Source: the human T2T-CHM13v2.0 reference genome, Homo sapiens
Strand: one strand, 5' to 3'
Length of the DNA: 64,000 nt
NCBI RefSeq assembly: GCF_009914755.1
Contig: NC_060936.1
Under the pieces are notes generated by a model that was not told the DNA's origin, ran no database searches, and was given only the letters and a program-made list of their open reading frames with translations. Numbering within the stretch: the first letter of the stretch is position 1; each line of letters begins with the position of its first letter. Both the position numbers and the translations under genes were made by a program. Positions 13,694 to 32,270 of the stretch are shown here, one piece after another.

Positions 13694-16600
13694 TTTTTAA
13701 TTTTCATGGGTACATAGTAGGTGTATATATTTATGGAGTACCTGAGATGTTTTAACACAGACATGTAATATGTAATAATCACATCATGAAGAATGGGCTA
13801 TCCTCCCCACAAGCATTTATTCTTTGTGTTACAAACAATCCAATTATACTCTATTGATTATTTTAAAATGTACAATTAAATTATTATTGACTTTAGTCAC
13901 CCTGTTATGCTATCAAATACTAGGTTTTATTCATTTTAAAACTATTTTTTTTGTACCCTTCCACCCTCCGCTATCCTTTCCAGCCTCTGGTAATCATCCT
14001 CTTACTCTCTATCACCATGTGTTCAGTTGTTCTCATTTTTAGATCCCACAAATAAGTGAGAATATGCAACATTTGTCTTTCTGTGTCTGGCTTATTTTGC
14101 TTACATAATAATCTCCAGTTCCATCCATGTTGCTGCAAATGACTGGATCTCATTCTTTTTATGGCTGAGTGGCTGAGTAGACTCCAGTGTGTATATGTAC
14201 CACATTTTTTTTTTTTTTTTTTTTTTTTTGAGATAGAGTCTCACTCTGTTGCTCAGGCTAGAGCGCAGTGGCACGATCTCGGCTCACTGCAACCTCTGCC
14301 TCAGGGATTCAAGTGATTCTCCTGCCACATCCTCCTCGGTAGCTGGACTACAGGCACACAGCACCACGCTTGGCTAATTTTTGGATTTTTAGTAGAGTTG
14401 GGGTTTTGACATGTTGGCCAAGCTAGTCTCGAGCTGCTGACCTCAAATGATCCACCCACCTTGGCCTTCCAAAGTGATGGGATTACAGGTGAGAGCCACC
14501 GGGCTTAGTCACATTTCCTTTATCCATTAACGTGTTGACGGACACTTAGGTTGTTTCAAAATCTTGGCTGTTGTGAACATTGCTGCAACAAATGTGGGAG
14601 TGCAGGTATCTCTTTGATATACAGATTTCCTATCTTTTGGGTATATGCCCATCAGTGGGATTGCTGGCTCATATGGTAGCTCTATTTTTAGTTTATTGAG
14701 GAACCTCCAAACTGTTCTCCATAGTGGTGGTACTAATTTACATTTCCACCAACAGTGTACAAGGGTTCCCTTTTCTCCACAAGCTTGCCAGCATTTATTA
14801 TTGCCTGTCTTTTGGATATAAGCCATTTTAACTAAAGCGAGATATTTTCTCATTGTAGTTTCAATTTGCATTTCTTTGATGATCAATGATGTTGAGCACA
14901 ATTTTATATGCTTGTTTGCCATTTTGTATGTATGTCTTCTTTTAAGAAATGTATTTTTGAATCTTTTGTCTATTTTCTGATCTGATTATTAGATTTTTTT
15001 CCTCTAGAGTTATTTGAACTCCTTATAGATTCTGGTTATTAATCTCTTCTCAGATGGGTAGTCTGAAAACATCTCCCATTCTGTGGGTTGTCTCTTCACT
15101 TTGTTGATTGTTTCCTTTGCTGTACAGAAGCTTTTTAACTTGATGTGATCCCATTTGTCAATTGTTGCTTTGGTTGCCTGTTTTTGTGGGGTATTACTCA
15201 AGAAATTTTTGCTCAGACCAATGTCCTGGAGATTTTCCCCAGTGTTTTCTTCCAGTAGTTTCATAGTTTGATGGCTTAGATTTAAGCCTTTAATCCATTT
15301 TGGTTTGATTTTTGTATATGTTGAGAAATAGGGGTCTAGTTTCATTCTTCTGTGTATGGATATCCAGTTTGCCCAGCACTATTTCTTGAAGAGACCATCT
15401 TTTCCCCAGTGTATCTTCTTGGTACTTTTGTCGAAAATGAGTTCACTGTAAGTGTATGGATTTGTTTCTGTGTTCTAGAATCTGTTCCATAGGTCTATGT
15501 GTCTATTTTTATGCCAGTACCATGCTTTTTTTGTTACTAATGGCTCTTTAGTATAATCTGAAGTCAAGTAATGGGATTCCTCAGTTTTGTTCTTTTGCTT
15601 AGGATAGCTTTGGCTTTTCTTGGTCTTTTGTGGTTCCACATCAATTTTAGAATTGTTTTTTCTATTTCTCTGAAGAATGTAATTGGTATTTTGGTAGGGA
15701 TTGCATTGAATCTACAGATTGCTTTGGGTAGTATGGACATTTTAACAATATTAATTCTTTCAATCCATGAACATGGACTATCTTTTCATTTTTTGTGTTT
15801 CTTCTTCAATTTCTTTCATCAGTGTTTTATAACTGCTATTGTAGAGATCTCTCACTTTGGTTAAACTATTTCCTAGGTATTTAATTTTATCTGTGGCTAT
15901 TATAAATTGGATTTTTTATTTCTTTTTCTGATTGTTCACTGTTAGAATATACAAATGCTATGGATTTTTGTATGTTGATTTTGTATCCTGCAACTTTACT
16001 GAATTTGTTTATCAGTTCTAATAGTTTCTTTGTGGGGTCATTAGGTTTTTCTAATTATAACATTATATTATCTGCCAACAAGGATAATTTAACTTCTTCC
16101 TTTCAATTTGGATGTCCTTTATGTCTTTCTCTGGTCTGATTGCTCTGGTGAGGACTTCCAGTGCTATGTTGAATAACATGGTGAAAGTGAATGTCTTTCT
16201 TGTATTCCAGATCTTAGAGAAGAGGCTTTCAGTTTTCCCCATTCAGTATGATACTAGCTATGGATCCATCACACATGGCTATTATAGTGAGGTATGTTTC
16301 TTCTACACCCAGTTTTTTTAGAGGTATTTATCAGGAAGGTATGTTGAATTTTATCAAGTGCTTTTTGAACATCAATTGAAATGATTATACGCTTTTGTCC
16401 TTCATTCTTTTGGTATGATGCATCACACTGATTGATTTGCATGTGTTGAATCATCCTTGCGTCCCTAGGATAAATTCCACTTGGTCATAATGGGTGGTCT
16501 TTTTAATATATTGCTGAATTCAGTTTGCTAGCATTTTGTTGAGGATTTGTACTTTAATATTCATCAGAGATATTAGCCTGTAGTCTTCTTTTTTTGATGT

Positions 16601-19600
16601 ATCTTCATCTAATTTTGGTATCAGGGTAATACCGGCCTTATAGAATGAATTTGGAAATATTCCTTCCTCTGTTTATCATAATAGCATGAGTAGGATTGGT
16701 ATTAGTTCTTCTTTAAAAGTCTGGTAGATTTCAGCAGTAAAGCCATCAGGTCCCAGTCTTTTCTTTACTGGAAGATTTTTTATTATGGCTTCTATCTTTT
16801 CACTTATTATGAGTCTGTTCAGGTTATGGATTTCTTCACAGTTCAATCTTAGTAGGTTGCATGTTTCTAGGAATTTCCCCAGTTCTTCTAAGTTTTCCAA
16901 TTTATTGGCATATAGATGCTTATAATAGCCATTAATGATCCTTTGAATTTGTGTGGTGTCATATGTAATGTCTCCTTTTTCATCACTGATTTTATTCATT
17001 TTGGTTTCTCTTTTTTTTTCATTAGTCTGGCTAAAGTTTTATTGATTTTATTTAACTTTTCAAAAAACCAACTTTTGTTTCGTTGATTATTTGTATTGTT
17101 TTCTTCATTTCAAATTCATTTATTTCTGCTCTAATCTTTATTATTTCTTTTCTTCTAATAATTTTGAGTTTGGTTTGCTCTTGGCTTTCTAGTTCTTTAA
17201 GATGCATTGTTAGATTGTGTATTTTAAATTTTTCTCTTTTTTGACATAGGCACTTATAGCTATCAACTTCTCTATTTATACTGCTTTTGCTGTATCATGT
17301 AGGTTTTGCTATGTTGTGTTTCCAATATTATTTGTTTCAAGAAATTTTTCAGTTTTCTTAATTTTTTCTCTGGTCCATCAGTCATTCAGGAGCATAATTG
17401 CTTAATTTCCATGTATTTGTATAGTTTCCAAAATTTCTCTTGTAACTGATTTCCAGTTTTATTTTATTGTGTTCAGAGAAGATGCTTAATATTATTTTAA
17501 TTTTTTTGAATGTTTTAAGGCTTGCTTTGTCACATAACATAAGGTTCACCTTTGAGAATAATCCATGTGCTGAGGGAAAAATGTGTATTCTGCAGCTGTT
17601 GGGTGAAATGTTCTTTAAATATTTCTTAGATCTATCTGGTCTTTAGTGCAAACTAAGTCTGATGTTTCTTTGTTTATTTTCTGTCTGGAAGATCTGTCCA
17701 ATGCTGAAAGTGGGGTGTTGAAGTTTCCAGCAACTATTGTATTGGAATCTGTCTCTGTCTTCTTTATTTCTAATAATATTTGCTTTATATATCTGGGTAC
17801 TCCAGTTTTGGGTGCATACATGTTTAAAATTGATATATCCTCTTGCTGAATTTATCCCTTTATCATTATATAGTGACCTTCTTTGTCTCTTCGTATAGTT
17901 TTTGTCTTGAAATCTATTCTGCCTGATAAAAGTATAGCTATTTTTGCTTTTTTTTTTTTGGTTCCCATTTGCATGGAATATTTTTTTTCCATCCCTTCAT
18001 TTTCAGTCTACGTGTGTCATTATAGGTGAAGTGTGTTTCTTGCAGGCAACAGATCAATGGGTCTTATTTTTTCATCCATTCAACCACTCTATGTCTTTTG
18101 ATCAGAGAGTTTAGTCTATTTACATTCAATGTTATACATAAGAACTTACTCTGACCATTTTGTGTTTGTTTTCTGGTTGTTTCATGGTCCTCTCTTCTTT
18201 CTTTCTTTTTCATCTTCATTTTAATGAAAGTGGTTTTTTCTGATGATATGATTTAACTTCTTCCTTTTTAATTTTTGTGTATTTATTGTACATTTTTTGC
18301 TTTAAGGTTACCATGAGGCTTCAAATGCCATCTTATAACCCATTACTTTAAGCTGATAACAACTTAACATGATTTGCATAAACAAACAAACCAGCAAAAA
18401 GAAAACTAATAAAAACTCTACACCTTAACTTCATCCTCCTGCTTTTTAACTTTTTGTTGTTTCTATTTATATCTTACTGTACTGTCTATGTCTTGAAAAT
18501 TTGTTGTAGTTATTATTTTTGATGGGTTCATCATTTAGTCTTTCTACTTAAGAGTAGTTTACACACCAGTCATAGTTATAATATTCTGTGCACTTACTAT
18601 TTCCAGTGAGTTTTCTGCCTTCCAGTGATTACTCATTGCTTTGAACATTCTATTATTTCTGATTGAAGTACTCCCTTTAGCATTTCTTGCAGGACAGGTT
18701 TGGTGTTGATGAAATCCCTCAGCTTTTCTTTGTCTAAAAAGGCCTGTATTTCTTCTTCATGCTTGAAGGATATTTTCGCTGAATATACTATTCTAGGGTA
18801 TAAAGGTTTATTATTATTATTATTCAGCATTTTAAATATGTCATGCCATTCTTTCCTGGCCTGTAATGTTTCTACTGAAAAGTATGCTGCCAGACATATG
18901 AGGTCTATTGCACATTATTTGTTTCTTGTATCTTGCTGCTTTTAGAATCCTTTCTTTATCCTTGACCTTTCAGAGTTTATTAAATGCCTTGAGGTAGACT
19001 TCTTTGGGTTAAATCTGCTTGATGGTCTATAACCTTCTTGTACTCAAATGTTGATATCTTTCTCTATTGGTTACTTCTCTGATGTCATCCCTTTGAATTA
19101 ATTTTCTACCCTGGTCTCTTTCTGTCTACCTCCTCTTTAAGGCCAACAAACTCAGATTTGCCCCTTTGAGGCTATTTTCTAGATTCTGCAGGCATGCTTC
19201 GGTGTTTTTTATTCTTTTTTCTTTTGTCTCCTCTGACTGTGTGTTTTCAAATACTGTCTTCAAACTCCCAAATTCTTTCTTCTGCTTGACCAATTCTACT
19301 ATTAAGAAACTCTGATGCATTCTTCAGTATGCCAATTGTATTTTTCAGCTCCAGAATTTCTGCTTGATTCTTCTTAATTATTTTGATCTCTTTCTTAAAC
19401 TTACTGGATAGACTTCTGAATTCCTTCTCTGTGTTACCTTGAATTTCTTTGGATTTGCTCAAAGCAGCAATTTTGAATTTTCTGCCTGAAAGGTCACATA
19501 TTTCTGTTTCACCAGGATTGGTCCTTGGTGCCTTATTTAGTTTATTTGGTAAGGTCCTGTTTTCCTGGATTGTCTTGATACTTGTAGATGTTTGTCTATA

Positions 19601-21465
19601 TATGGGCATTGAAGAGTTAGGTATTTATTATAGTCTTTGTAGTCTGGGCTTGTTTGTACTCATTCTTCTTGGGAAGGCTTTCCAGATACTCTAAAGGACT
19701 TGGTGTTGTGATTCAATCTGTATCTGCTTTAGGAGACCCCCTAGGCCCAATAACACTGTAGTTGTTACATACTCATAGAGGTACCACCTTGATGGTCTTG
19801 GAAAAGGCCCAAGAGGATTCTCTAGATTATCAGGCAGACACTCTTGTTTTCTTCCCTTACCTTCTCCCATGCACACAGTGTTTCTCTGTTCTGAGCCATT
19901 TGAAGTTGGGGATGGAGTGACACAAGCACCCCTGTGGTTACCACCACTGTGACTGTGCTGAGTCAGACCTGAAGCAGGAACAGCACTGGGTCTCATGCAG
20001 GGCCTGCTGTAACCACTCCCTGGCTACTGCCTTTTTGTTCAAGGCCCTGGGGCTCTACAATCAATGGGCAGCAAAGCCAGCTAGGCCTGTGTCCTCCACT
20101 TCAGGGTGGTGAGTTTCCCCAGGCCCTGGGCAGGTCCAGGGGTACCGTCTGGAAATCAGGGACTACAGTAAAAATCCTTACAAGTCTACTTGGTGTTCTA
20201 TTGTACTATGGCTGAGCTGACACTCAAATTACAGGATGAAATTGTTTCTCTCTTTTCTCTCCTTTACAAAAGCAGAGGAGCCTCACCCAATGGCCACTAC
20301 CACCACAGGCCCATGAGGAGTACTGCCAGACTACTGTTGATATTCCATTAAGGCCTAAGGGCTCTTCAGTCAGCTTGTGGTAAATGCTGCCTTGCCTGGG
20401 ATTCACCTTTCAGGGTGGTGGGCTCTCCTCTGGCCAGGAAAGGTCCAGAAATGCCATCCAAGAGCCAAGTCCTGGAATCAGGGACTCCAAGAGCCTGCTT
20501 GTTGCTCTATTCCCCTGTGGCCGAGTGGGTACTGGAGGTGCAAGACAAAGTCCTCTTTACTTTTTACTCTGCTTTTCTCAAGCAGAAGGAGTCTCACTCT
20601 ATAGCCACCACAGCTGGGAATGTGCTGAGTCTCACCTGAAGCCAGCAATCCTCAGAGGCTCACCCAAAGCCCTCAACATAGTACCTAAGTATCACTGGTT
20701 ATCAGGACCCAAGGGCTCTTCATTTAGCAGATGATGAATGTCACCAGGACTGGGTCCTTTCCTTCAGGGTAGCGAATTTGCTTCTGGTCCAGAGTGCATC
20801 TAGAAATGTCTTCTGGGAGCTAGGGCCTGGAACGGGAGCCTCATGACTCTGACTGGTACCCTATCATGCTGTGGCTAAGCTGGTATCCAAGTTGCAAGAC
20901 AGTCTTTCCTCTTCTCCCCTCAAACAGAAGGAAAATATTTCTTTTGAAGCAACGAGTATGCAATCTGGGGTTGGGTGGGGGGGTAATGCTGGCACTCCCT
21001 TAGCCACCCTGGCTCGTGTCTCAGTAGGATGCATGCCTTCTTCTCAAGTCCACTGTCTCTGGGCTTATTTCGACACTAAGACTCTCCTAGGAGTTGCCAT
21101 CCTTGTGTCTTAAACTGCCTTTCAAGTTTATTTAGTGTCTCAGAGCCCTTTAGCCTGTGGTGGCCGTAGTGGTGAAGCTTGTGGGAATGCTGGGATCAGA
21201 GATTCTCCTCCGGCTAGGGCTGGTTTAAATGCTCCCTACATGGGGTAGGAGAGGGGTGTGGTGTTGGTGAATCAAGATTGTTTTTTTCTACTTCTTCAGT
21301 GCCTCTTTCTGAAATTTGAGGTTAAAGCCAGGTACTGTGAGGGTTCATTTGAATTTTGGTTCTTATAGAGGTACATTTTTGTGTTGATAGTTGTTAAATT
21401 GATGTCCATGTGGGTGGAAAGTTTAGTGGAGCCTTCTATTTTACCATCTTGCTCCATCTCCTCCC
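13694..21465 (-). mobile_element. Essentially full-length old L1 (L1MA2/L1MA3-like), ~7.5 kb excluding the inserted Alu
   Basis: L1MA-type 3' end at ~13700, degenerate ORF2 and ORF1 fragments on the minus strand, and a 5' terminus reading gggaggagatggagcaagatgg. Degenerate TSD catatttgtttcaa (13680-13693) / catattttattcaa (21471-21484). Confidence 0.88.
14205..14509 (-). mobile_element. AluS inserted in the L1MA
   Basis: Dimeric Alu with a poly(T) run and short TSD cacattt. Confidence 0.93.
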
Positions 21466-22675
21466 ACCTTCATATTTTATTCAACTATAAACTGGTATTA
21501 TTATTCTTTAAATACATTTTCCCAGGTTTCTATTGCTGAAATGTTCAACATCTCACAGAAAAATTGAAATGCTGCAACAAACATGCTTATACCTTTTCCT
21601 AGATGAAAATTAACAATAGTTCCAAAATATTACCTGATCCTTATACATCTATCTAATTTCATCTAGTATATTCAATATCCAAATTTCCTCAACTGTCCCA
21701 AAAAAAGAAGGGGGAGGGTTTATAGTTACTTTAGTTGAATCAGGATACAGAGTCCATGTATTACACTGAGGGATTTCTTTTTTTTTTTTTTTTTTTTTTT
21801 TTTTGGTAGTCTTCAAAAATCTTAAACAGGCTTCTCTATGTTTTCTTTCTTCATGGCCTTCCAAAAAGTTCAGACCAGTTTTATAGTAGAATGTCCCTAA
21901 ATGGAAAAGTTTAACAGCCGGTTCTATGTTTTTATTTTAGCCTCAAGGACATATGGAGGATTTGACTCTTGATGATATCTTTCTTTCAGAAAATTGTTAG
22001 GAGGTTACCAATACCAGATTCAAATAAATGAGAATTCAAGAAAGAACTGTGTATACAATGTATACATATATGATGTAATTCATTTTCTGGATAATCAAGT
22101 AACAAGAAATCAATATTGAAATGACATGACCACACTGGAGAATGGATGCTAATCATGTATTCCTGAGACAGGACACCATCAGCTATATATGAAAGCTAGA
22201 GCTGATGGTTTCCTAGAGCTGAGGCTCATGTGACCCAGCTCAGCCTCATCTCTGGTGACCCCACGAGACCCAAATGCAGAGCTGCCCCTTGGAAATAACA
22301 ACAGCTTCACTATATTGTTGATGTGCATATAATTTGCTTTTCTGTCCTGACTCTTTTTTTAAGGCTAAGTAAATTTGGTGCTGGATGAAGCCTGTTGAGT
22401 ATTGTGTGTCTGATTGTTCATCTAAATGTTAGAGTATTGCTGCCAGTAGAGCAGAATGGTCACGTAGTACCACATTCTGTTTTTGTCTAATTCCTGTTCC
22501 CACCATGGTGTCATTTAACCTATACCCCTACTCATAAAATATTTTGTAAACTGGAAGTTACATGTACAGGCATAATGAGATTCAGATTAAATAATTTTGG
22601 CAAACATGCTTAGTAGATGGATTTTGTCTATTTTACTTTATATTGCATGAAGGGGCACATAGCGTCATTAGTTCC

Positions 22676-23032
22676 TGCACTAGTTTATTTAGGTTGCGAT
22701 AGCAAAATGCCATAACCTAGGTGGCTTATAAACAAAAGAAATTTATTTCTCACAGTCTGAAGGCTGGGAAATTCAGATCAAGATGCCATCAGATTCACTG
22801 TCCGATGAGAGCCCACTCCCTTGGTCATAGATGATGCCTTCTTGCTGTGTCCTCACATGGTGGAAGGGGCAAATAACGCTCCCTTGGGCCTATTTTATAA
22901 CACGACTAATCCCACTCATGAGGACTCTGCCTTCATGACCTCCCCAAAGACCTCACCTTCTAATACCATCACCTTAGGAGATAAGATTTCAACATGTGAA
23001 TTTTGTGGAACACAAAAATTCAGACCATAGCA
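22676..23032 (-). mobile_element. MLT1A-type MaLR LTR
   Basis: ggtggcttataaac...tttctcacagt...ggctgggaa...cagaccatagca; degenerate TSD gttcc/gtccc. Confidence 0.75.
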
Positions 23033-23529
23033 GTCCCAGTCTAGTCATAATAGGTTTGATTGCCTGCCTATGGTATGGGCATTTAGAAACAAAGGTCTGG
23101 TAGCTCAGCATGGTCATTGTTACTGGAGTTTCATTGCTCCTATTATTTTTTAAGCCCTTGTAGTGAACGGAGGTAGGAAATACATGTTTTCTTAGTACAG
23201 TATAATTTTATGTTGATATTGCCAATTCAAATTATTATTACAGATTTTTTAAACTTATTTTGCCTTGTGTTTGTATCATTTTTTCTTTTATACTAAAAAA
23301 TCTTCGCTCCGAGTAGTAGTAATATAGTTATTTATTTGCTTATCATAACAATATAGATAATAAAGTTTCAAAATGCCAATACTAATAGTACTACTAGGGG
23401 TAAAATTACTTAGTGAGGTATTTCTTTAAAAGTTTTATTGTTGTTGTTTGTCCTCAGAATGTATTAAACTATGTACAATTTCAAAAGTTACTTAAAATTA
23501 ATCTTTGGTGATGTTATCAATTTTATATA

Positions 23530-23755
23530 TAAATGCTCCCCAACTTATGATGGTTTGATTTACTACTTTTCAACTTTATGAGATGCAAAAGCAATATGCA
23601 TTTAGTACACTTCCTAACTTAGAATAGGGTTACATCTGAGTAAGCTCATCCTCGGTTGAAAATATCATGTCAAAAATCCACTTTCAATTTGGGATAATTT
23701 CAATTCACAATGGGTTTATCTGTATATAACCCCACCGTAAGTTGAGGAGAAGGTG
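23530..23755. mobile_element. MER47/Tigger5-derived MITE
   Basis: atgctccccaacttatgatgg ... ccgtaagttgagga inverted termini. Confidence 0.65.
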
Positions 23756-24557
23756 TGCATTTGAGTCCTTTGTTTCTATTTGTGTTAAATTTTGGTGTTC
23801 ACTTTGGTTTATTTTACATTTAATTCTGCATATGTGAAGCACTTAATTTAAAACCATATAAAAAAGTCAACAGAACATACTTTTGTGGGAATATATTCCA
23901 GGAACTCTCACTCTCATTCTTATCCCACCACTTCATTTTCATGCTTCCTTTATAGATAATCATTTTCATTGATTTCTGTTTTATCTTTCCTTGGCTTTCT
24001 TTTGCAAATATGTATAAGCAAATATATGTAAGCACATAAGCAAATATATATACATGTTATTTCTCTTTGTTTCTTACACACAAAAATAGCATATTATAAT
24101 ATTGATTGATATTTTCCTTAACAATATAGCCTAGATATCAGTCCACACCAGCTCATAGAGATACTCCTCATTCTTTTCTACAAATGCATAGTACCCCAAT
24201 GATGGACCATCATTTAGTCCCTTACTTGTGAACATTTGGGTCATTTCCAATATATTGCTATCACAAATAACACTGCAATGAAAAAATATTGCATTTATTT
24301 CATATTTGTGGAGGTGCAGCTGCAAAGTAGATTCCTAGACATTGAGATTGCAAAATGAAAGGGGAATTGGATGTGTAGTTTTGCTAGTGGTTTCTTCATC
24401 CTCTTCCATAGAGATTAAACCATTCTGCAATCCAATCAGTATTCTATTAAAGGGACTATTTTCTATAGTCTTTCCAACAAAACATATCTTCAAGCATGTG
24501 GATGTCTGTTAATCTGGGAAGTCAGGAATGATATCTCAGTGTAGTTTTAATTTATAA

Positions 24558-24743
<186 letters not shown>

Positions 24744-25359
24744 TGAACTATCTTTATGTTTTCTTCCTCACTTTTATATTGGGTTTTTGGACCTTTTCTT
24801 CTTGATTGTAAATAGCCCTTTATATATGAAGGAAATTAGCCCTTGGAGTTACAAATATTTTCTATTAGTTGGTCCTTCATCTTTTGACTTTCCTTATAGT
24901 AGTTTAGATTTTTATGCTACTTTTAATACACACAATAATATGGTTATATCTCATGCAAACATTTGTTATTTTGTGGAATTAAATTTATTAATTTTTTATT
25001 GCTTCTTTATCTTATGAAATAATTTAGTAGTTTTACTTAGCTTCCAGATTATAAAAGAATTCAATGTTTCTTTTTACCATTTGTATGATTTATTTTCTCT
25101 AATTCATTTAGATTTCATCATTATACTGTGCAAAGTATGAATACAATTTTTTCTTTTTCAAATTCTATTTAGTTGCTTTAACATTATTTATTGCACCTCA
25201 TGTATCCCCATGATTTAAGATGCCACTTTTACCATAAACAAAATTTTTAGGTGGATTTGAGTCTATTTATAAAATTTTTTATCTATTTATTCCTCAATGT
25301 CATATTGTTTTAAGTATAGAGGCTTTAGAATATGTTTTTAATATCTGATAGCACTAATA

Positions 25360-25588
25360 CATGAGTAGCCTTGGACTGGACATTGCATCATTGGCTCCTC
25401 TGGTCCTCAGGCCTCTGGACTTAAGACGAATTACACTACCAGCTTTTTTGATTCTACAGTTTGCAGGTGACATATTGTGGGACTTCTCAGCCTTCATAAT
25501 TACATAAGCCAATTCCTATAATAAATCTCCTCCTATATATCTCTATATATCCTACTGGGTCTGTTTCTCTAGAAAATCCTAATATACC
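25360..25588 (+). mobile_element. MLT2 LTR, 3' part
   Basis: gtgggacttctcagccttcataat...aataaatctc...ctgtttctctagaaaatcctaat. Confidence 0.7.
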
Positions 25589-26013
25589 ATCATTGATTAT
25601 ATTAGCTTTAGCATTGGTTTTTCTAGGTTTCCCCACTGAGTAAAATATCAAATTGGGGTCTGATGTATGTGTTGAGTATCCATAGATTTTTATTTTATTA
25701 ATTATTTTTTGTTTTTTCAGGAATAGGTGTTTAATTTCATTCAAAGCATTTTGGTGTCTATGAAGATAATTAAATAATTCTTCTCATTATTCTATTTGTA
25801 TATTAGATATATTTATGTTTATATATATGTAATGTGTGTGCATTTATATCTTTGTGACTTAAAGTGTGTGTGTGCGGCAGGGTATTCCAACAGACCTGCA
25901 GCTGAGGGTCCTGTCTGTTAGAAGGAAAACTAACAAACAGAAAGTACATCCACACCAAAAACCCATCTGTACATCACCATCATCAAAGACCAAAAGTAGA
26001 TAAAACCACAAAG

Positions 26014-27031
26014 ATGGGGAAAAAACAGAACACAAAAACTGGAAACTCTAAAACGCAGAGTGCCTCCCCTCTTCCAAAGGAATGCAGTTCCTCACCAGCA
26101 ATGGAACAAAGCTGGATGGAGAATGACTTTGACGAGCTGAGAGAAGAAGGCTTCAGACGATCAAATTACTCTGAGCTACGGGAGGACATTCAAACCAAAG
26201 GCAAAGAAGTTGAAAACTTTGAAAAAAATTTTAGAAGAATGTATAACTAGAATAACCAATACAGAGAAGTGCTTAAAGGAGCTGATGGAGCTGAAAACCA
26301 AGGCTCGAGAACTACGTGGAGAATGCAGAAGCCTCAGGAGCCGATGCGATCAACTGGAAGAAAGGGTATCAGCAATGGAAGATGAAATGAATGAAATGAA
26401 GCGAGAAGGGAAGTTTAGAGAAAAAAGAATAAAAAGAAATGAGCAAAGCCTCCAAGAAATATGGGACTATGTGAAAAGACCAAATCTACGTCTGATTGGT
26501 GTACCTGAAAGTGATGGGGAGAATGGAACCAAGTTGGAAAACACTCTGCAGGATATTATCCAGGAGAACTTCCCCAATCTAGCAAGGCAGGCCAACGTTC
26601 AGATTCAGGAAATACAGAGAATGCCACAAAGATACTCCTCGAGAAGAGCAACTCCAAGACACATAATTGTCAGATTCACCAAAGTTGAAATGAAGGAAAA
26701 AATGTTAAGGGCAGCCAGAGAGAAAGGTCAGGCTACCCTCAAAGGGAAGCCCATCAGACTAACAGCGGATCTCTTGGCAGAAACCCTACAAGCCAGAAGA
26801 GAGTGGGGGCCAATATTCAACATTCTTAAAGAAAAGAATTTTCAACCCAGAATTTCATATCCAGCCAAACTAAGCTTCATAAGTGAAGGAGAAATAAAAT
26901 TCTTTACAGACAAGCAAATGCTGAGAGATTTTGTCACCACCAGGCCTGCCCTAAAAGAGCTCCTGAAGGAAGCACTAAACATGGAAAGGAACAACCGGTA
27001 CCAGCCGCTGCAAAATCATGCCAAAATGTAA
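26014..27031 (+). pseudogene. L1 ORF1p of copy A, +1 frameshift at 26229-26232
   Basis: MGKKQN... start; the frame switches after ENFEKN and continues to ...QNHAKM. Confidence 0.93.
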
Positions 27032-27079
27032 AGACCATCGAGACTAGGAAGAAACTGCATCAACTAACAAGCAAAATAA

Positions 27080-30924
<3,845 letters not shown>

Positions 30925-31709
30925 ACAATGAGATCACATGGACACAGGAAGGGGAATATCACACTCTGGGGACTGTGGTGGGGTGGGGGGAGGGGGGAGG
31001 GATAGCATTGGGAGATATACCTAATGCTAGATGACGAGTTAGTGGGTGCAGCGCACCAGCATGGCACATGTATACATATGTAACTAACCTGCACATTGTG
31101 CACATGTACCCTAAAACTTAAAGTATAATAAAAAAATAAAAAAAATAAAGTGTGTGTGTGTATGACTTTAATTAACTTGATCACACACACACACACAAAC
31201 ACTGACCAAAATTAATATCAAGTCAGGTCTGTCTGAATGTAAAGCCAACAGCAAACATCCCTCTCTCCAAATGGAAAAGAAACAGGGGGTTATGGGCAGC
31301 TACACTGCTAAATGTTAAAACTTTATTTTTAAATGTGGCCATAAAAATCACTAAATAAAATTGATAATATATGTTTTTGATGAATAAATTTTATATATGT
31401 CTACACTGGAAACTATATAGCAATAAAAACTAACCATGTACAACTAAACTCATAAATTTCATAAACATAATAAGTAAAAGAAGCCAGACAAAAAGTAGTG
31501 TATACTGTTAAATTCCATTTATATAAAAGTTCAAAAAAGCCAAAAAGAAACTATGCTGTTAAAAGTAAGGATTATAGTTACTATTCAGGGAAGAGAGTAG
31601 TGGCTGGAAAGAAACATAAAGGGGGTCTCTGAAGTGGAATAATGTTCTGTTTTTTGATCTGGGTATTAGGGTGTTTAATTTCGGAAAATTATTTTATCTT
31701 TATACTTAT

Positions 31710-32270
31710 TGTATTATTGATTTTTTGCTTAACAAATTACTCAAAACTTAGAGGTTTAAAAAAAATTAATTATTGTATTAATTTCTCTGGGCCAGGAATT
31801 GGAGAGAGCTTAGCTGGGTAGTTCTGGTTCAAAATTTCTCATGAGATTACCGTCAAGCTGTTGGAGGGGGCTGCATCATCTGAAGGCTTGACCGAGGCTA
31901 GAGGATCTACTTTCAAGATGGCCCACTCACATGGCTGTTGGCAAGAAGTTTCAGTTTCTCACTAGCTTCTAGCAGGAGGCCATAATTTCTCACCACATAG
32001 ATCTCTCTATAGGGCTACTCGAGTGTCCTCACAGCAAGGTAGCTGGCTTTCTTCAGAGCCAAGTGACTCAAAGGCAAAGAGGAAGTCACTATGCCATTTA
32101 TGACCTAGTTTTGGAACTCACACTTTGTTCCGAATTGACCTTCCATCACTTTCTAGTCATTAGGATTTAAGTCACTAACTCTGATCCATAGTCAAGGGGA
32201 GTAAAATTTGGCTTTATTGTTGGAGGATGGAGTAGCAAAGAATTTGTTGACACATTTTAAAACTACCATA
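31710..32270 (-). mobile_element. MLT1 (F/G-like) MaLR LTR
   Basis: aacaaattactcaaaactta...gcttagctgggtagttctgg...ttcaagatggcccactcacatggctgttggc. Confidence 0.7.

Noticed and set aside
14527-21113. Many 60-130 aa ORFs
   Set aside because: These are fragments or antisense shadows of the decayed L1MA.
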